DNA of 64,000 nt from Terriglobia bacterium (GTDB lineage Bacteria > Acidobacteriota > Terriglobia > Bryobacterales > Bryobacteraceae). The translations under genes and the position numbers were made by a program. The stretch covers positions 3,173-67,172 of the forward strand of contig JANYJA010000136.1 in assembly GCA_025358575.1 (NCBI GenBank), written 5' to 3'. Under the pieces are notes generated by a model. It did not search any database and had not been told where the DNA came from. It worked only from the letters and a program-made list of their open reading frames with translations. Shown piece after piece: positions 30,102-40,100 of the stretch; position 1 is the stretch's first letter, and each line of letters starts with the position of its first letter.

Positions 30102-31274
30102 ATGTTTCGATTTGAGACCGCGGGCGAATCTCATGGGGAGTGTCTGGTTGCCACTCTGACCGGTTTGCCCGCCGGAATTCCCATATCTTTGGACCAGATT
30201 GATCGCGAGCTTTGGCGACGCCAGCAGGGTTTCGGGCGCGGCGGTCGCATGAAGATCGAGACCGATCAAGTCGAAATCGTAGCGGGCGTGCGGCATTCAA
30301 AAACGATTGGATCTCCGATCGCGATCGTCATTCGCAATAAGGATTGGAAGAACTGGACCGAGTCGCTGCCGGTCGAGCAGATTGAAGATGGCGATGCGAA
30401 ACAGAAGCGAGTCACTCGGCCGCGGCCAGGCCATGCGGATCTGGCTGGCGCAATCAAGTATAACTTTCAGGATGCACGCTACATCCTGGAACGGGCCAGT
30501 GCGCGTGAGACCACGGCGCGGGTTGCGGTGGGTGCAATCGCGAAACAGTTTCTGGCGCAATTCGGTTGCAGTGTATTAAGCCACGTGATTGCGGTCGGGC
30601 CGGTGCGACTTGAGCGCGCGGTCACCTGGGCCGAGATTGAAGCTCTGAGCCACAAGCCGGAAGTGTTGCTCGGGTGCGTCGAGGCGGGGCATGAATCGAA
30701 GATGAAGGAAGTTGTGGACGAAGCCTATCGGACAGGCGACACCATCGGCGGAATTTTTGAAGTGGTGGCGCATAATCTCCCTCCCGGCCTGGGGTCACAC
30801 ATCACGTGGGATTCGCGTTTGGACGGGAAGCTGGCCCAGGCGATTGTCTCGATGCAGGCCGTGAAGGGCGTCGAAATTGGGTTCGCCGAGGAAGGGTCGG
30901 CGAGTTTCGGATCGAAGGTGCAGGACACGATTCACTATGCAAAGCAGCAGCGGCATTTCTTTCGCGGGAACAATCGCGCGGGCGGCATTGAAGGCGGCAT
31001 GACCAACGGCCAGGACATTCGCCTGCGCGGATTCTTGAAGCCGATCTCCACACTGCGGAGGCCGCTCGAATCGGTGGATCTGGAGACGCGCGACCCGGCG
31101 CTGGCGGCTTATGAGCGGTCGGATGTGTGCGTGGTGCCTGCGGCCGGAGTCATCGGTGAAGCTATGGTCGCCATCGTGCTCGCGGCGGCTTTCCTGGAAA
31201 AATTCGGCGGCGATTCACTTATCGAGACCAAGCGTAATTTTGAGGGCTACCTGCAACAGGTTACGGATTTCTAA
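30102..31274 (+). CDS. aroC: chorismate synthase
   Basis: 390 aa. MFRFETAGESHGECLVATLTGLPAG, GRSSARETTARV-like region and GGIEGGMTNG are canonical AroC. Confidence 0.95.
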   Translation: MFRFETAGESHGECLVATLTGLPAGIPISLDQIDRELWRRQQGFGRGGRMKIETDQVEIVAGVRHSKTIGSPIAIVIRNKDWKNWTESLPVEQIEDGDAKQKRVTRPRPGHADLAGAIKYNFQDARYILERASARETTARVAVGAIAKQFLAQFGCSVLSHVIAVGPVRLERAVTWAEIEALSHKPEVLLGCVEAGHESKMKEVVDEAYRTGDTIGGIFEVVAHNLPPGLGSHITWDSRLDGKLAQAIVSMQAVKGVEIGFAEEGSASFGSKVQDTIHYAKQQRHFFRGNNRAGGIEGGMTNGQDIRLRGFLKPISTLRRPLESVDLETRDPALAAYERSDVCVVPAAGVIGEAMVAIVLAAAFLEKFGGDSLIETKRNFEGYLQQVTDF

Positions 31275-31277
31275 GAG

Positions 31278-31793
31278 ATGATTCACAAGATTGTTAAGTA
31301 CGGCCAGCCCGTGCTGGAGCGAGAAGCCGAAGATATTACCGAATTCGATACGCCCGAACTGCATCAGCTTGTGCAAGACATGTTCGAGACCATGTACGCG
31401 GCCAAAGGCGTCGGACTGGCCGCGCCCCAGATTGGTATCGGTAAGAAGATTACGGTTATCGACGTAAGCGGCGGCGAAGGCGAGCCGCAGCAGATTGTGC
31501 TGGTGAATCCGCGTATCGTGCATAAGGAGGGTAAGCAAACAGCGGAAGAGGGCTGCCTGAGTTTCCCCGGATTTCGGGAGCAGGTGACGCGGGCCAAGAG
31601 AGCGACAGTGAAAGCACGGGATGCCAGGGGCGAAGAGATTGAAGTCCATGGCGAGGATCTGCTGGCGCGCGCCTTTCAACATGAGATCGATCACCTGAAC
31701 GGAATTCTTTTTATCAGCCACGTAAGCGTGCTGAAGCGCGATCTGATCAAGCGCAAGATTCGCAAGCGCATTAAGGCCGAAGATTGGTTTTAA
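31278..31793 (+). CDS. def: peptide deformylase
   Basis: 171 aa. The three PDF motifs are present: GVGLAAPQIG, EGCLSFPG, HEIDHLNG. Confidence 0.95.
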   Translation: MIHKIVKYGQPVLEREAEDITEFDTPELHQLVQDMFETMYAAKGVGLAAPQIGIGKKITVIDVSGGEGEPQQIVLVNPRIVHKEGKQTAEEGCLSFPGFREQVTRAKRATVKARDARGEEIEVHGEDLLARAFQHEIDHLNGILFISHVSVLKRDLIKRKIRKRIKAEDWF

Positions 31794-31797
31794 GACC

Positions 31798-32739
31798 GTG
31801 CGCCTGATCTACATGGGCACGCCGGAGTTTGCGGTGCCCACGCTCGAACGCATTGTCGCCGCGGGGCATGAAGTTGTTTCCGTAATTACGCAACCGGACC
31901 GGCCAAAAGGGCGGACGCAAGCCATGACGCCTTCGCCCGTGAAGACCTGCGCGCTGCTCCACGGGCTCGCGGTCTTTCAACCGGAGCGGGTACGTCGGCC
32001 GGACGCGGTCGCCGCGATTGCGGCCCTACAGCCGGACGCGATGGTAGTCGTGGGTTACGGACAGATTATTCCGCAGAGTGTGATTGACCTAGCGCCGCTC
32101 GGAATCATCAATGTGCATGCATCGTTATTGCCGAAGTTGCGAGGCGCGGCCCCCATTCAATGGGCGATTGCCCGCGGCGAGACGGTAACTGGCGTGACGA
32201 CGATGCGCATTGACGCGGGCCTCGATACCGGCGATATTCTGCTGCGCGCCATTATGCCGATCGGCAACGATGAAACGGCTATCGAGTTGAGCCCCAAGTT
32301 AGCCGTGCTCGGGGCCGGCTTGCTCATTCAAACGCTCGACGCATTGGCGGATGGAAGCATCGTTCCCCAAAAGCAGGATGATGCACAGGCCACGCTCGCG
32401 CCGATCTTGAAAAAAAAGGACGGGCGTATCGATTGGCTTCGCCCCGCGCGGGAGATTCACAACCAGGTGCGCGGGTTGCAGCCGTGGCCCGGTGCGACTA
32501 CGAACTTTCGCGGATCGGCGCTGCGGATTTGGCTAACGCGCGTCGCGGCGGAAACACACGACGCGGCAGCGGGGCGCCTGCTTCGCGAACCGAATGGCAT
32601 GCTGGTGGCCTGCGGCGCTGGCACGGCGTTAGAACTGCTCGAAGTACAGATGGAAGGGCGCAAACGCATGTCGGCTGAAGCTTTCGCCAACGGGCATCGC
32701 GTCCTGGACAATGAATTTTTAGGGGAGTTGCCGAATTGA
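31798..32739 (+). CDS. fmt: methionyl-tRNA formyltransferase
   Basis: 313 aa, GTG start. IYMGTPEFAVPTLE..., NVHASLLPKLRGAAPIQWAI. Confidence 0.95.
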   Translation: MRLIYMGTPEFAVPTLERIVAAGHEVVSVITQPDRPKGRTQAMTPSPVKTCALLHGLAVFQPERVRRPDAVAAIAALQPDAMVVVGYGQIIPQSVIDLAPLGIINVHASLLPKLRGAAPIQWAIARGETVTGVTTMRIDAGLDTGDILLRAIMPIGNDETAIELSPKLAVLGAGLLIQTLDALADGSIVPQKQDDAQATLAPILKKKDGRIDWLRPAREIHNQVRGLQPWPGATTNFRGSALRIWLTRVAAETHDAAAGRLLREPNGMLVACGAGTALELLEVQMEGRKRMSAEAFANGHRVLDNEFLGELPN

Positions 32740-33914
32740 ATTTGCCGCTGGGTTATCGGTACGCGACGGCGTATGCGGGCATCCGCAAAGAGGCGAAGGA
32801 TGACGTTGCGCTAATCGTCTCGGGCATTCCGGCATCCGGGGCGGCGGTGTTCACGCAGAACCGGGCGCAGGCGGCGCCGGTCCGCTTAGCGCGGCGGAAT
32901 CTCCGAACGTCGCGTGGGAAGGTCGGCGCGGTGTTGATTAATGCCGGCAATGCCAACTGTGCGACGCGCACCGGGGATCGGGTCGCTGCAATGACGACTC
33001 AGGCCGTGGCGCGAATGCTCAAGCTTCCCGCGAATCAAGTGCTGCCAGCGTCAACCGGGGTGATCGGCGTCGAACTCGATGCGTCCCTAATCGCGAAGGC
33101 CCTCCCGGGGATGGTGAAAAACCTGTCGGAGTCGGGCTTTGAGGCCGTCGCGAACGCAATTCTTACGACTGACCTGGTAATGAAGACCGCTTCGGCAGAG
33201 TTACAATTTCGGCGCGGGCGCGTGCGGATCGCCGGAATGACTAAAGGATCGGGAATGATCCACCCGCGCATGGCGACCACGCTGGGTTTCGTATTGACCG
33301 ATGCGCAAATTGCAGCTTCCGTTTTGCAAAAGATTCTGACGCGCGCGGTGGAGCGCAGCTTCAACCGCATTTCGGTGGATGGCGACACGTCGACCAATGA
33401 CACGTTGGCGCTGCTGGCCAACGGGGCCTCGGGCTTCCGGCCCGATCCCACGGAAATGGGCGCGTTTGAGGCAGCCGTCACGGAAGTGATGCAGTCTCTC
33501 GCGCAACAGATCGTGCGCGATGGCGAAGGCGCCCGGAAACTCATTATGATCGAAGTCCGCGGAACGGCAAACGATGCCGATGCGGTTGCCATTGCTCGAA
33601 CTGTCGCCAATTCGCCGTTGGTGAAGACGGCCGTTGCAGGGTCGGACGCAAATTGGGGACGGATACTATGCGCCGCAGGCAACGCGGGCGTCGCGTTCGA
33701 TGCGAAGAACGTGGACATTTCGCTGCAACGTACGGCAGTGTGCCGCGCGGGATTAGCCGCCGCGTTTGACGAGTCCGCACTCAAGACGCGCCTCGATGAA
33801 ACAGACTGCCTGATTGAGCTAGCCATTCGCGGAAGAGGCAAAGGCACCGCGACCTTCTGGACCTGCGATTTTACTGAAGGCTACATTCGGATCAACGCGA
33901 GCTACCGGTCATGA
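32736..33914 (+). CDS. argJ: bifunctional ornithine acetyltransferase/N-acetylglutamate synthase
   Basis: 392 aa. TTG start overlaps the fmt TGA. TKGSGMIHPRMATTLGFVLTD contains the autoprocessing site. Confidence 0.95.
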   Translation: MNLPLGYRYATAYAGIRKEAKDDVALIVSGIPASGAAVFTQNRAQAAPVRLARRNLRTSRGKVGAVLINAGNANCATRTGDRVAAMTTQAVARMLKLPANQVLPASTGVIGVELDASLIAKALPGMVKNLSESGFEAVANAILTTDLVMKTASAELQFRRGRVRIAGMTKGSGMIHPRMATTLGFVLTDAQIAASVLQKILTRAVERSFNRISVDGDTSTNDTLALLANGASGFRPDPTEMGAFEAAVTEVMQSLAQQIVRDGEGARKLIMIEVRGTANDADAVAIARTVANSPLVKTAVAGSDANWGRILCAAGNAGVAFDAKNVDISLQRTAVCRAGLAAAFDESALKTRLDETDCLIELAIRGRGKGTATFWTCDFTEGYIRINASYRS

Positions 33915-34333
33915 TGCTGCGTCGCCGCGGGTTTCTGATGCTGTTCGCGGTTCCTTTGCTGGGCGAAACCAGCGCGTCGGTGTTCGCCGTTCTCACCTCG
34001 ATGGCGTCGAGTTTAAGCGAAGGTAATCCGGCGGGGTTTTTGAAATATCTGGATCACGGCATGGCGTCATATTCGCGCATCGAGGCGAACGTCAACTCTC
34101 TCACATCGCAGTGCGAGATTGTTTGTTCGATTGACGTTTTGACGGAACAACTCGATGGCGACAAAGATTCGGTGGACCTCGACTGGTTCATGCAGCTTCG
34201 GTCCAAGGCGGAAGATGGACCGTTGGAACGCCGGCGCGAGTTGGTGAAAGCGGAGCTGCGAAAACAGGGAAAGCATTGGAAAGTAGTTTCGCTGGAGGCA
34301 AATGAAGTGCTGGCACCCTTGAAAGTCCACTAA
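33911..34333 (+). CDS. small secreted protein of unknown function
   Basis: 140 aa. ATGA overlap with the argJ stop. Signal-like N-terminus MMLRRRGFLMLFAVPLLG. No motif recognised. Confidence 0.5.
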   Translation: MMLRRRGFLMLFAVPLLGETSASVFAVLTSMASSLSEGNPAGFLKYLDHGMASYSRIEANVNSLTSQCEIVCSIDVLTEQLDGDKDSVDLDWFMQLRSKAEDGPLERRRELVKAELRKQGKHWKVVSLEANEVLAPLKVH

Positions 34334-34369
34334 TTGACGTTCGTGCCAAATGTCGCTACAATTAACGAC

Positions 34370-34807
34370 ATGTTGGTAGATGACTTCCAAAGCGTATCGG
34401 AGGAACTAGGCGGGCAGACTGTCCTGGGAAGAGATCTTCGATCTTCACAAGATCTTAGAGAAGCGATTCGCGACGGATTTCCTCCGGGGGTCATTGTGAC
34501 GGTAATGCGCGCCGTAGATTTGACCCTTGATGAGCTGGCGAGCAGCTTGAATCTTTCGCCGCGCAGTCTACAGCGCCGAAAAGGAAGTCACTTAAGCTCG
34601 CACGAATCCGACCTGATTTACCGGCTGGCCCGCACCATGGCATTGGCTGAGCGCTACATTGGCGATCACGACAAAGCCGTGCGGTGGCTGAAGCGTTCCA
34701 ACCGCGCACTGGGCGGCGGCACGCCCCTTGAATCTCTCGACACCGAGCTCGGCGCTCGCACGGTAGAGAACATTCTCGGGCGGATCGCCTACGGCGGAGT
34801 CAGTTGA
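34370..34807 (+). CDS. Xre-family/DUF2384 antitoxin of a RES-Xre type II toxin-antitoxin pair
   Basis: The C-terminal WLKRSNRALGGGTPLESLDTELGARTVENILGRIAYGG is the MbcA/ParS-type toxin-binding domain. ATG 34370 is preferred over TTG 34334. The stop overlaps the toxin start. Confidence 0.8.
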   Translation: MLVDDFQSVSEELGGQTVLGRDLRSSQDLREAIRDGFPPGVIVTVMRAVDLTLDELASSLNLSPRSLQRRKGSHLSSHESDLIYRLARTMALAERYIGDHDKAVRWLKRSNRALGGGTPLESLDTELGARTVENILGRIAYGGVS

Positions 34808-35319
34808 GCCGTGTCCATCGAATAGTTAGAGAAGCATTTTCCGCGAATCCCCTAGATGGCGAAGGATCGTTTCGTTTTGGCGGCCGCTGGTCGAGTGCGG
34901 GCACGCGCGTCGTCTATGCCGCCGAACATCTGTCTCTCGCGATGGTCGAATATTTCGTTCACATCGACTCTGAAGATCCTCCGAAGGTTCTGATTCTCGT
35001 CTCAATCGAAATTCCGGACACCTTAAGCCGGATGCGAATCGACATCGATTCCTTACCCTCCGATTGGCGAGGCGCCCCTCCACCTGGGGAAATCGCGCGC
35101 ATTGGGGACGCCTTTGCGGCGCGAGTGACAGAGGCACTGCTTTGGGTTCCGTCCGCCGTGGTGCGGGGCGAATTCAACGTAATGATCAATCCGGCGCACC
35201 GGGACTTTAAACAGGTGACGGTGGCGGATACCGAGCGCTTCACCTACGACCCTCGATTTTACGAAAGGCGGCCTAAGGGAGGTACTCGATCGCGAGCTCT
35301 TCGAACTCGCGCGGTGTAA
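34804..35319 (+). CDS. RES-domain toxin (MbcT/ParT-like NAD+-targeting family)
   Basis: 171 aa. RFGGRWSSAGTRVVYAAEHLSLAMVEYFVH ... WVPSAVV supplies the R-E-S residues. TTGA overlap with the antitoxin. Confidence 0.85.
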   Translation: MSRVHRIVREAFSANPLDGEGSFRFGGRWSSAGTRVVYAAEHLSLAMVEYFVHIDSEDPPKVLILVSIEIPDTLSRMRIDIDSLPSDWRGAPPPGEIARIGDAFAARVTEALLWVPSAVVRGEFNVMINPAHRDFKQVTVADTERFTYDPRFYERRPKGGTRSRALRTRAV

Positions 35320-37078
35320 CCAGTTGAAATCTGATTTCAAGCGAGCTGTACCGTTTGAGCTCCGCGCACATGGCAGCGTGCGGCGAAGTGGAACTGGCTA
35401 CGTACAGCTCGCCGGCGACCACGCGGAATGGAAGCACTTGCCACTTGCGGGCGATAGCGGCGGGGAACGAACGCGTGATCGGCACGGAAACGATTGATCG
35501 TTCGGGCTTACCGTAGGGGATGTCCTGCTCAAGGCTCAAGGCCTCGTAAAGTTCCTCGTCCGTGATCATTCCTAAATTGAGCATGTGTTCGCCGAGCAGC
35601 GCCTGCTGCGGTTTGGTGCGCAGCGCTTCTGCAAGTTGAGCGGCGGTGACGTACTGCGAACCGACCAGGATTTCGCCCAGCTTGAGGCGCTTCTCCACCA
35701 ACGCGGCGCGATTCGGATATGAGTGTGCGGTCTTCAACCATCGAAGCGGTTGCCCGCGCGCTTTGGCGTTGAAGTATCGGAAGAGCGCGGATGTGGTTGC
35801 GAAGCAGTTGATCCAGTTACCCCAGACCACCCGCAGCGGAACCGCGAATGCGAACTTCCACCCGTAAATTCGGGCCGAGCACCAGCCGCGCACGGAAACG
35901 TGGAAGCATTGGAGGCCCATCGTAAAGAACATCGCATGGATTAGCAGCGGGTTGTGCGCGGCCTGTGCCAAGCCCCATACAGAGTGCGTCTGCACACTCC
36001 ATCCCCAGGTGATCACCCCATAGCCGAACAAGACATTCGTCAGCGGCGTGATTAGATTTCCCACCACACTCTTGCGGTCGCGCCAAAACCAATACGCCTG
36101 CTTCAGCGTTTCCTTGAGACTATGATGCTCCCAGGATTGCAGTGCGATACCCGTCACCCAGCGCGTCCTCTGTTTCACCGCGAGAAAAAATTCCCGCGGA
36201 AAGAATTCGCGCGTCGCGACGATGGAGCCGTTGTGCCAATGAATCGGCACGAACTTCTGCGAGCACCCCATGGAGTAAAGCCGGAAGCCATTTTCGTAAT
36301 CCTCTGTCAGGCAGCTGGGTTCGAAGACACAGTTCTTATGCGCGGCCGCTAGTTTGTCCAGCGCCTGGCGCGAAAATCCGGTGCCCACCCCATTTGACGG
36401 AATGAAGCCGCCAAGATACTGGCGCGCCGGCATATCCTTGAACTGAAATTCCGCGAATTCATCGCAGTAGACGCCGTGGGTGAAGTGGTGCCAAGGGGTG
36501 GGAAGCGGCAGCACGGGGATCTGCACCATGTCGTGCCACTGGGCGTAATAGTTAACCCAGCGAAGAGCTTCGGGATGCACCAGGTCTTCAGCGTCGTGGG
36601 TGAGGATCATTTGAAAACGGGCGCCGTTTTCTTCCTCGAAAAGCAGCATACGCTGATAGATCCAGTTTAGGCAATCGGCCTTGGAGGTGGGTCCGTCGTG
36701 CGGGCAGGTGGCTATGTGGACTTTGTCGGGAAACAGCCGCTTGGCTTCTTTGGCGGCGGCGACGGTGCGGGTGTCATTCGGATACACACCGAGAAAGAAC
36801 TCAAAATTTGTGTATTTCTGGGAAGCCATGTTGCGCTCCACCATTTTCTGGAGGACAGAATGTTCGTTCCAGGAAGCGACGAAGATGGCCATGCGCCGCT
36901 CGGGAACCGCAAAGAGTTCGGGGTCGGTGGGAAAAGCGGGCTGGGCTTGTTTCCTAAATCGGGCCTGCAACCACTGATAGCAGCACGCAAGGTCGAGGAC
37001 GCAGTCGTCCAAGCCGTTGACCAGCACCCAAACCGCACAAGGTGCCAAAATTGCCGCTGCGAATTGGTCCCAGAGCAT
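35273..37078 (-). CDS. NfrB-type family-2 glycosyltransferase (exopolysaccharide synthase) with C-terminal MshEN/T2SSE_N-like domain
   Basis: 601 aa. Colinear by eye with E. coli NfrB (GLDD.., WNE, YPND, GPTSKADCLN, HDAEDxxxP, IPV, DEFxExxxKD, LTEDYxxGFR, REYFP, RxRWxxG, WRDRK). The C-terminus has two 24-aa MshEN-like motifs (KLGEILVGSQYVTAAQLAEALRTK and LLGEHMLNLGMITDEELYEALSLE) separated by a short spacer. Confidence 0.85.
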   Translation of the reverse strand: MLWDQFAAAILAPCAVWVLVNGLDDCVLDLACCYQWLQARFRKQAQPAFPTDPELFAVPERRMAIFVASWNEHSVLQKMVERNMASQKYTNFEFFLGVYPNDTRTVAAAKEAKRLFPDKVHIATCPHDGPTSKADCLNWIYQRMLLFEEENGARFQMILTHDAEDLVHPEALRWVNYYAQWHDMVQIPVLPLPTPWHHFTHGVYCDEFAEFQFKDMPARQYLGGFIPSNGVGTGFSRQALDKLAAAHKNCVFEPSCLTEDYENGFRLYSMGCSQKFVPIHWHNGSIVATREFFPREFFLAVKQRTRWVTGIALQSWEHHSLKETLKQAYWFWRDRKSVVGNLITPLTNVLFGYGVITWGWSVQTHSVWGLAQAAHNPLLIHAMFFTMGLQCFHVSVRGWCSARIYGWKFAFAVPLRVVWGNWINCFATTSALFRYFNAKARGQPLRWLKTAHSYPNRAALVEKRLKLGEILVGSQYVTAAQLAEALRTKPQQALLGEHMLNLGMITDEELYEALSLEQDIPYGKPERSIVSVPITRSFPAAIARKWQVLPFRVVAGELYVASSTSPHAAMCAELKRYSSLEIRFQLVTPREFEELAIEYLP

Positions 37079-37141
37079 GCATGACTCTCGAAGGAGGTAG
37101 TGTCCGGGGAGTATGAAAATCTCAAAAGACTGGCCAACGAT

Positions 37142-40100
37142 TTAGCGCAAGGTAATCATTTGACCGTGGCTCCGTACTTTTTGCAAAGAACCGCTATCGA
37201 GCACATCGCGCACCTTGCGGGCCAACTGGAGCAGCGTGAACGGTTTCTGCAAGAACGGAGCACCCTTCTCGACACCATACAAAACTAGCGCATCGGCGGT
37301 ATAGCCTGACATCAAAACAACCCGCATTTCAGGCCGAACCTTAATGGCTTGTTCAGCGAGTTCTCTGCCATTTAGCCCCCCGGGCATCACCACGTCCGTC
37401 AGCAGGAGGTCGAACTGGGCGGGGTGGGAGTGGCACAGCGCCAGAGCTTCGGTGGCTTGGCTCGCCTCCAATACTGTATAACCCTGCCGTTTCAGTACCA
37501 GAACCGCCAGCCCGCGAACCACATCGTCGTCCTCCACCACCAGAACGGTTTCAGTGCCCGTGGGCATATCCGCGCGCCCACTCGGAGCCTGATCTTCCAA
37601 GCGCATCTCAACCCGAGGAAAATCGACCCAAAAGGTAGTTCCACGATCGATTTCACTGGCGAAATGGATGTTTCCTCCGCTTTGTTTTACGATCCCGGAC
37701 ACCGTGGCTAAACCCAGGCCAGTTCCCGCACCGTGGGGCTTGGTAGTGAAAAAAGGTTCAAAGATATGTTGTTTGGTTTCCGCGTCCATCCCCTTGCCGG
37801 AATCGGCAACCGTCAGGCTCACATAACTACCCGCGGCCAAACCGCGAAGCTGCTCCCCGGTTTCTTCGACGCGCGTATTCGTAGTGCGAATCGACAGCAC
37901 TCCCCCTTGTGGCATGGCATCCCGCGCATTTAAAGCTAAATTCAGGATCACCTGGCTAATTTGTCCGGGATCGCCGCGCATCTGCCACAACTCTTCACTA
38001 AGGGATTTATTGAGAGCGATGTCATCGCCAATCAGCCTGCGCAACATTTGGTCCAGTTCCAGGATGACCGTATTCAGGCTGAGCATCTGGGGATGCAGCA
38101 CCTGACGCCGGCTGAACGCCAGCAACTGCTGGGTCAGTGCGGCGGCCCGCTCGCCCGCTTTCTTGATCTCCTCCGCGTGGTCATAGGCGTCAGTGCCCTC
38201 AGCCAGACTCCCTATTAACATTTCGCTGAAACCCAGAATTCCCGTCAGCATGTTATTGAAGTCGTGGGCTACGCCCCCGGCCAAACGCCCGATAGCTTCC
38301 ATCTTCTGACCCTGGCGGAGTTCATCTTGAACGCGGCGCAGTTCAATACTGGCGTGCCTGCGCTCGGTGATGTCTTCTATGGACATCAGGATCATTTCAC
38401 CTCGATTGAGCCGCCTGGCGCTCACCCGCAGGATCTTGCGACCAGCCAGCGGAAAATTATTCTCCAGCTCGAAGCCGTCAAAGCCGTGATTCTCGGGAAG
38501 CACTTTTTCCAGCAGCGCTCGAAGATCTGGAATATCCCAGGCTCCTCCCGCCAAATCGAAGATGCCGTGTGTCTCGGTTTGCTCCCGCGTGCAGTGAAAC
38601 GTCTCATAGAACGCACGGTTCGCCATCCTCACGCACAGCCCATTATCCAGCGCGACCAGCGGTATCTGCACGGTTTCCACGACGGACATCGTGAAATCGC
38701 GCGCTTGCTGAAGATCGGAATTGCGAGTCTGCAGTTCTTCGTTGACGGTGCTCAATTCTTCATTGGCCGATTGCAGTTCTTCCTTGGCGGTCTCCAACTC
38801 CTCGTTGAAACTTTGGACCTCCTCCAGATTGGAAAGGCTCTCTTCCTGAGCGGATTGAGAATCGTCGCTGTATTGCTGGTGACTGTCGAGTAAGGTAACC
38901 AAACGTTCCCGTGTGGCAGCCAGTTCTTTTTGCAATTTCAGTAACTCGCCTTTGGGTACGGTCTCTCCGGTTTCGGCGGCATCGCGTGCCGCTAACTCGG
39001 CGTGGCGAACCTCTTCGAAGAGAATCAGGAACAGGCGAGACTCATCCTCTCGCAAGCCGAGGGGAATCACTTGTAAATTAACGATCGCATGTTCGTGGGG
39101 AATCACGATATTTTCTCGGCGAACAGGCTTATCTTCACTTTTAGCCTGTTCCAAGGCGGCGGCCAAGTCCAGAGCGAGGCCCGATCGTTTGGCCATGGTT
39201 AGGACATTGACGCTCATCTTCCCCGATGCCGGCCTCAAGTAGGGGCTGATCTGACCGCGGACCTGCAGCACCTGCCAGTTTTCGTTGACAACAACGCCGC
39301 CGGGAGCATACTTCGCCAGGACGGCGTGATCGGCGCGCTTCTGGACATCCGCGTCTCCCCAAAGATCGTTCGCAACACGGGCCTTTACCGGCACTGCTGC
39401 TCGCACCGCTCCCCAACTCCGCACGAGCCGGCCGTTCGCCGCTTTCTTGGAGTAGATCTGAGAATTCTTGTCCACGGGGGTGAATAGGTCCGCGAAGCGC
39501 CTGGCACTTTCCATGAGTCCCAGGAGCAGAAAACCCGTTGGCTTGAGCGCATAGTGAAACATGGGAATAATGCGCGTCTGTATGCTGTCCAGATAAATAA
39601 GAACGTTTCGGCAACTGATCAGGTCAAGCTTTGAATACGGAGGATCGCTAATCAGGTCATGCCCGGCGAAGACGCAAACCTCCCGGATTCGTGCGCTGAT
39701 TTGATAGCCATCGTCGCGCTTAACGAAAAAATTTTGCAGTCGCTCGGGTGAAACATCCTCGGTGATCTTATCGGGGTATAGTCCCTTCCGGGCCGTCTGA
39801 ATCGCCAACGCGCTCAGATCGGTCCCGAAGATCTGGATTTGAAAATTCGCTGAATTTTCTTTCAGAAACTCCAGGAGGCAAATGGCAATCGCGTAGACTT
39901 CTTCTCCCGAGGCGCAACCCGGCACCCAAATCCGTACCGGCCCGCCGCCCGTTTTGTTAGTGAGAAATTGCGGTAAGACGTGCTTCCGAAGGGCTTCAAA
40001 AACCTCTGGATCGCGAAAGAAACGGGTGACCCGCGGAATCATCTCCTCGCAAAGTAATTCCACTTCGCCGGGCGTCTCGGTCAGGAATCGGCGATAGCGT

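Noticed and set aside
37100-37288. A 62-aa plus-strand ORF preceded by a perfect AAGGAGG, antisense to the receiver domain of the hybrid kinase.
   Set aside because: The SD is only 2 nt from the GTG, which is too close. The ORF lies wholly antisense to a well-supported CDS, and I recognise no family resemblance.
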